DNA of 64,000 nt from Bugula neritina (Eukaryota > Animalia > Bryozoa). A program made the position numbers and the translations under genes. The notes below the pieces were generated by a model. The model did not search any database, had not been told where the DNA came from, and saw only the letters and a list, made by a program, of their open reading frames with translations. Shown in pieces: positions 62,401-64,000 of the stretch. Within the stretch, counting starts at the first letter, position 1. Every line of letters begins with the position of its first letter. Location: contig CAXIUT010000183.1 of assembly GCA_964035545.1 (NCBI GenBank), forward strand, positions 248,001 through 312,000, in the 5' to 3' direction.

Positions 62401-62860
62401 TGAAATACACTGTAACATATTGAAATACACTGCAACAAACTACAACATATTGAAATACACTGCAACGCATTGAAAGACACTGCAACACATTGAAATATAC
62501 TGCAATATACCAATATATATGGTAAACTGCTGAAATATACTTTAACACATTGAAAAATACTGCAACATACTGAAATATACTGTAACACACTGAAATATAC
62601 TGCAACGTACTGAAATACACTGCTAGATACTGAAATATACTGCAACATACTACAACAATCTGAAATACACTGTAACATACTGAAATACACTGCAACAAAC
62701 TACAACATATTGAAATACACTGCAACACATTGAAATATACTGCAACATACCTAAATATACGGTAATATACCGAAAAAAAAACTGTGACAGATTGAAAAAT
62801 TCCGCAACATACTGAAATAAACTGCAACACACTGAAATACACCGCAAAATACTACAACAT
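47410..62860. repeat. MITE-free higher-order duplication, offsets 8470 bp and 10093 bp (8470 + a 1623-bp duplication); boundaries approximate
   Basis: ORFs 48520..49053 vs 56990..57523 and 49134..50705 vs 57604..59175 (+8470); 51434..52597 vs 61527..62690 (+10093); 58914..59315 vs 60537..60938 (+1623). Confidence 0.85.
48391..49390. repeat. Run of about four diverged 250-bp (25-decamer) ancestral monomers
   Basis: The landmark decamer TATGGTRRAC/TACGGTAATA falls at 48391, 48641, 48891 and 49141. Each is followed by the same ordered landmarks: GCGACACATTGCAAT, ATGCTGTAGCACAC, GCAACTCACT, TCCTACAACA. Confidence 0.85.
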
Positions 62861-64000
62861 ACTGAAATACACTGCAACATATTGAAATACACTGCAACAC
62901 TTTGAAATATACTGCAACATACCGAAATATATGGTAAACTACTAAACTATACTGTAACACTTTAAAAAACAGTGCAACATACTGAAATATACTGCGACAC
63001 TTTGCAATGTACTGTAACATACTGAAATATGCTGTAGCACACTGAAATACACTGCAACTCACTGAAATATACTGCAACATATTGAAATACACTGCAACAT
63101 CCTACAACATGCTAAAATACACTGTAACATATTGAAATACAGTACAACACATTGAAATATACTGCAACATACCGGAATATATGGTAAAGTACTGAAATAT
63201 ACTGTAACACACTGAAAAATACTGCAACATACTGAAATATACTGCGACACATTGCAATATACTGCAACATACCAAAATATATGGTAAACTATTGAAATAC
63301 ACTGCAACACATTGAAATATACTGCAACATACCTAAATATCCGGTAATATACTGAAATATACTGTAACACATTGCAAAAGACTGCAACATACTGAAATAT
63401 ACTGCGACACATTGCAATATACTGTAACATACTGAAATATGCTCTAGCACACTGAAATACACTGCAACTCACTGAAATATACTGCAACATACTGAAATAC
63501 ACTGCAACACATTGAAATATACTGCAACCTACAGAAATAGGTGGTAAACTACTGAAATATACTGTAACACATTGAAAAATACTGCAACATACTGAAATAT
63601 ACTGCGACACATTGTAATATACTGTAACATACTGAAACATACTGCAGCACACTGAAATAGACTGCAGCTCACTGAAATATACTGCATTATACTGAAATTC
63701 ACTGCAGCATCCTACAACATGCTGAAATACACTGTAACATATTGAAATACACTGCAACAAACTACAACATATTGAAATACACTGCAACGCATTGAAAGAC
63801 ACTGCAACACATTGAAATATACTGCAATATACCAATATATATGGTAAACTGCTGAAATATACTTTAACACATTGAAAAATACTGCAACATACTGAAATAT
63901 ACTGTAACACACTGAAATATACTGCAACGTACTGAAATACACTGCTAGATACTGAAATATACTGCAACATACTACAACAATCTGAAATACACTGTAACAT

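Larger units (their letters stand above)
1..64000. repeat. Satellite DNA array: 10-bp unit in an alternating 20-bp dimer (consensus about ACTGAAATAY / ACTGYAACAY), one orientation throughout, interrupted only by seven MITE copies
   Basis: The CTG-anchored decamer is visible in register on essentially every line from 1 to 64000. Decamers alternate between a GAAAT type and a GCAAC/GTAAC type. The array runs off both window edges. Confidence 0.99.

Noticed and set aside
24-64000. Hundreds of minus-strand ORFs (up to 523 aa) with C/S/V/F/Q/Y repeats as protein-coding genes
   Set aside because: They overlap in all three frames, translate a 20-bp repeat that lacks stops on that strand, and start and end wherever point variants fall. 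There is no domain signal or frame preference.
1-64000. CRISPR array or other repeat-spacer system
   Set aside because: There are no unique spacers and no cas genes. The non-satellite inserts are all the same element.
1-64000. Telomerase-made telomeric tract
   Set aside because: There are no G-runs on either strand, the units are heavily diverged, and the inherited multi-kb HOR structure and transposon insertions point to recombinational amplification rather than templated addition.

Overview
The whole 64-kb window is a eukaryote-style satellite DNA array with no credible protein-coding gene, RNA gene or CRISPR array. It has four tiers: a 10-bp unit; an alternating 20-bp dimer (about ACTGAAATAT/ACTGCAACAT); an older, diverged 250-bp (25-decamer) monomer; and recent kilobase-scale higher-order repeats (HORs; offsets 3262, 3402, 5551/7311 and 8470/10093 bp) with many local duplications. 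The only non-satellite sequence is seven copies of a ~756-bp non-autonomous DNA transposon (MITE-like). It has 19-bp perfect terminal inverted repeats (CACAGGATAGTTAAGGGCA) and 2-bp target-site duplications, which fits the CMC (CACTA/EnSpm-Mirage-Chapaev) superfamily. The seven copies come from only two insertion events. Copy 1 has TSD AC. Copies 2-7 share one site (TSD AA) and were multiplied passively as part of the satellite HOR. Empty pre-insertion alleles of both sites survive elsewhere in the window. The minus-strand ORFs are artefacts of a repeat that lacks stop codons on that strand. I found no new gene system; the interest lies in the transposon family and the readable history of the array.
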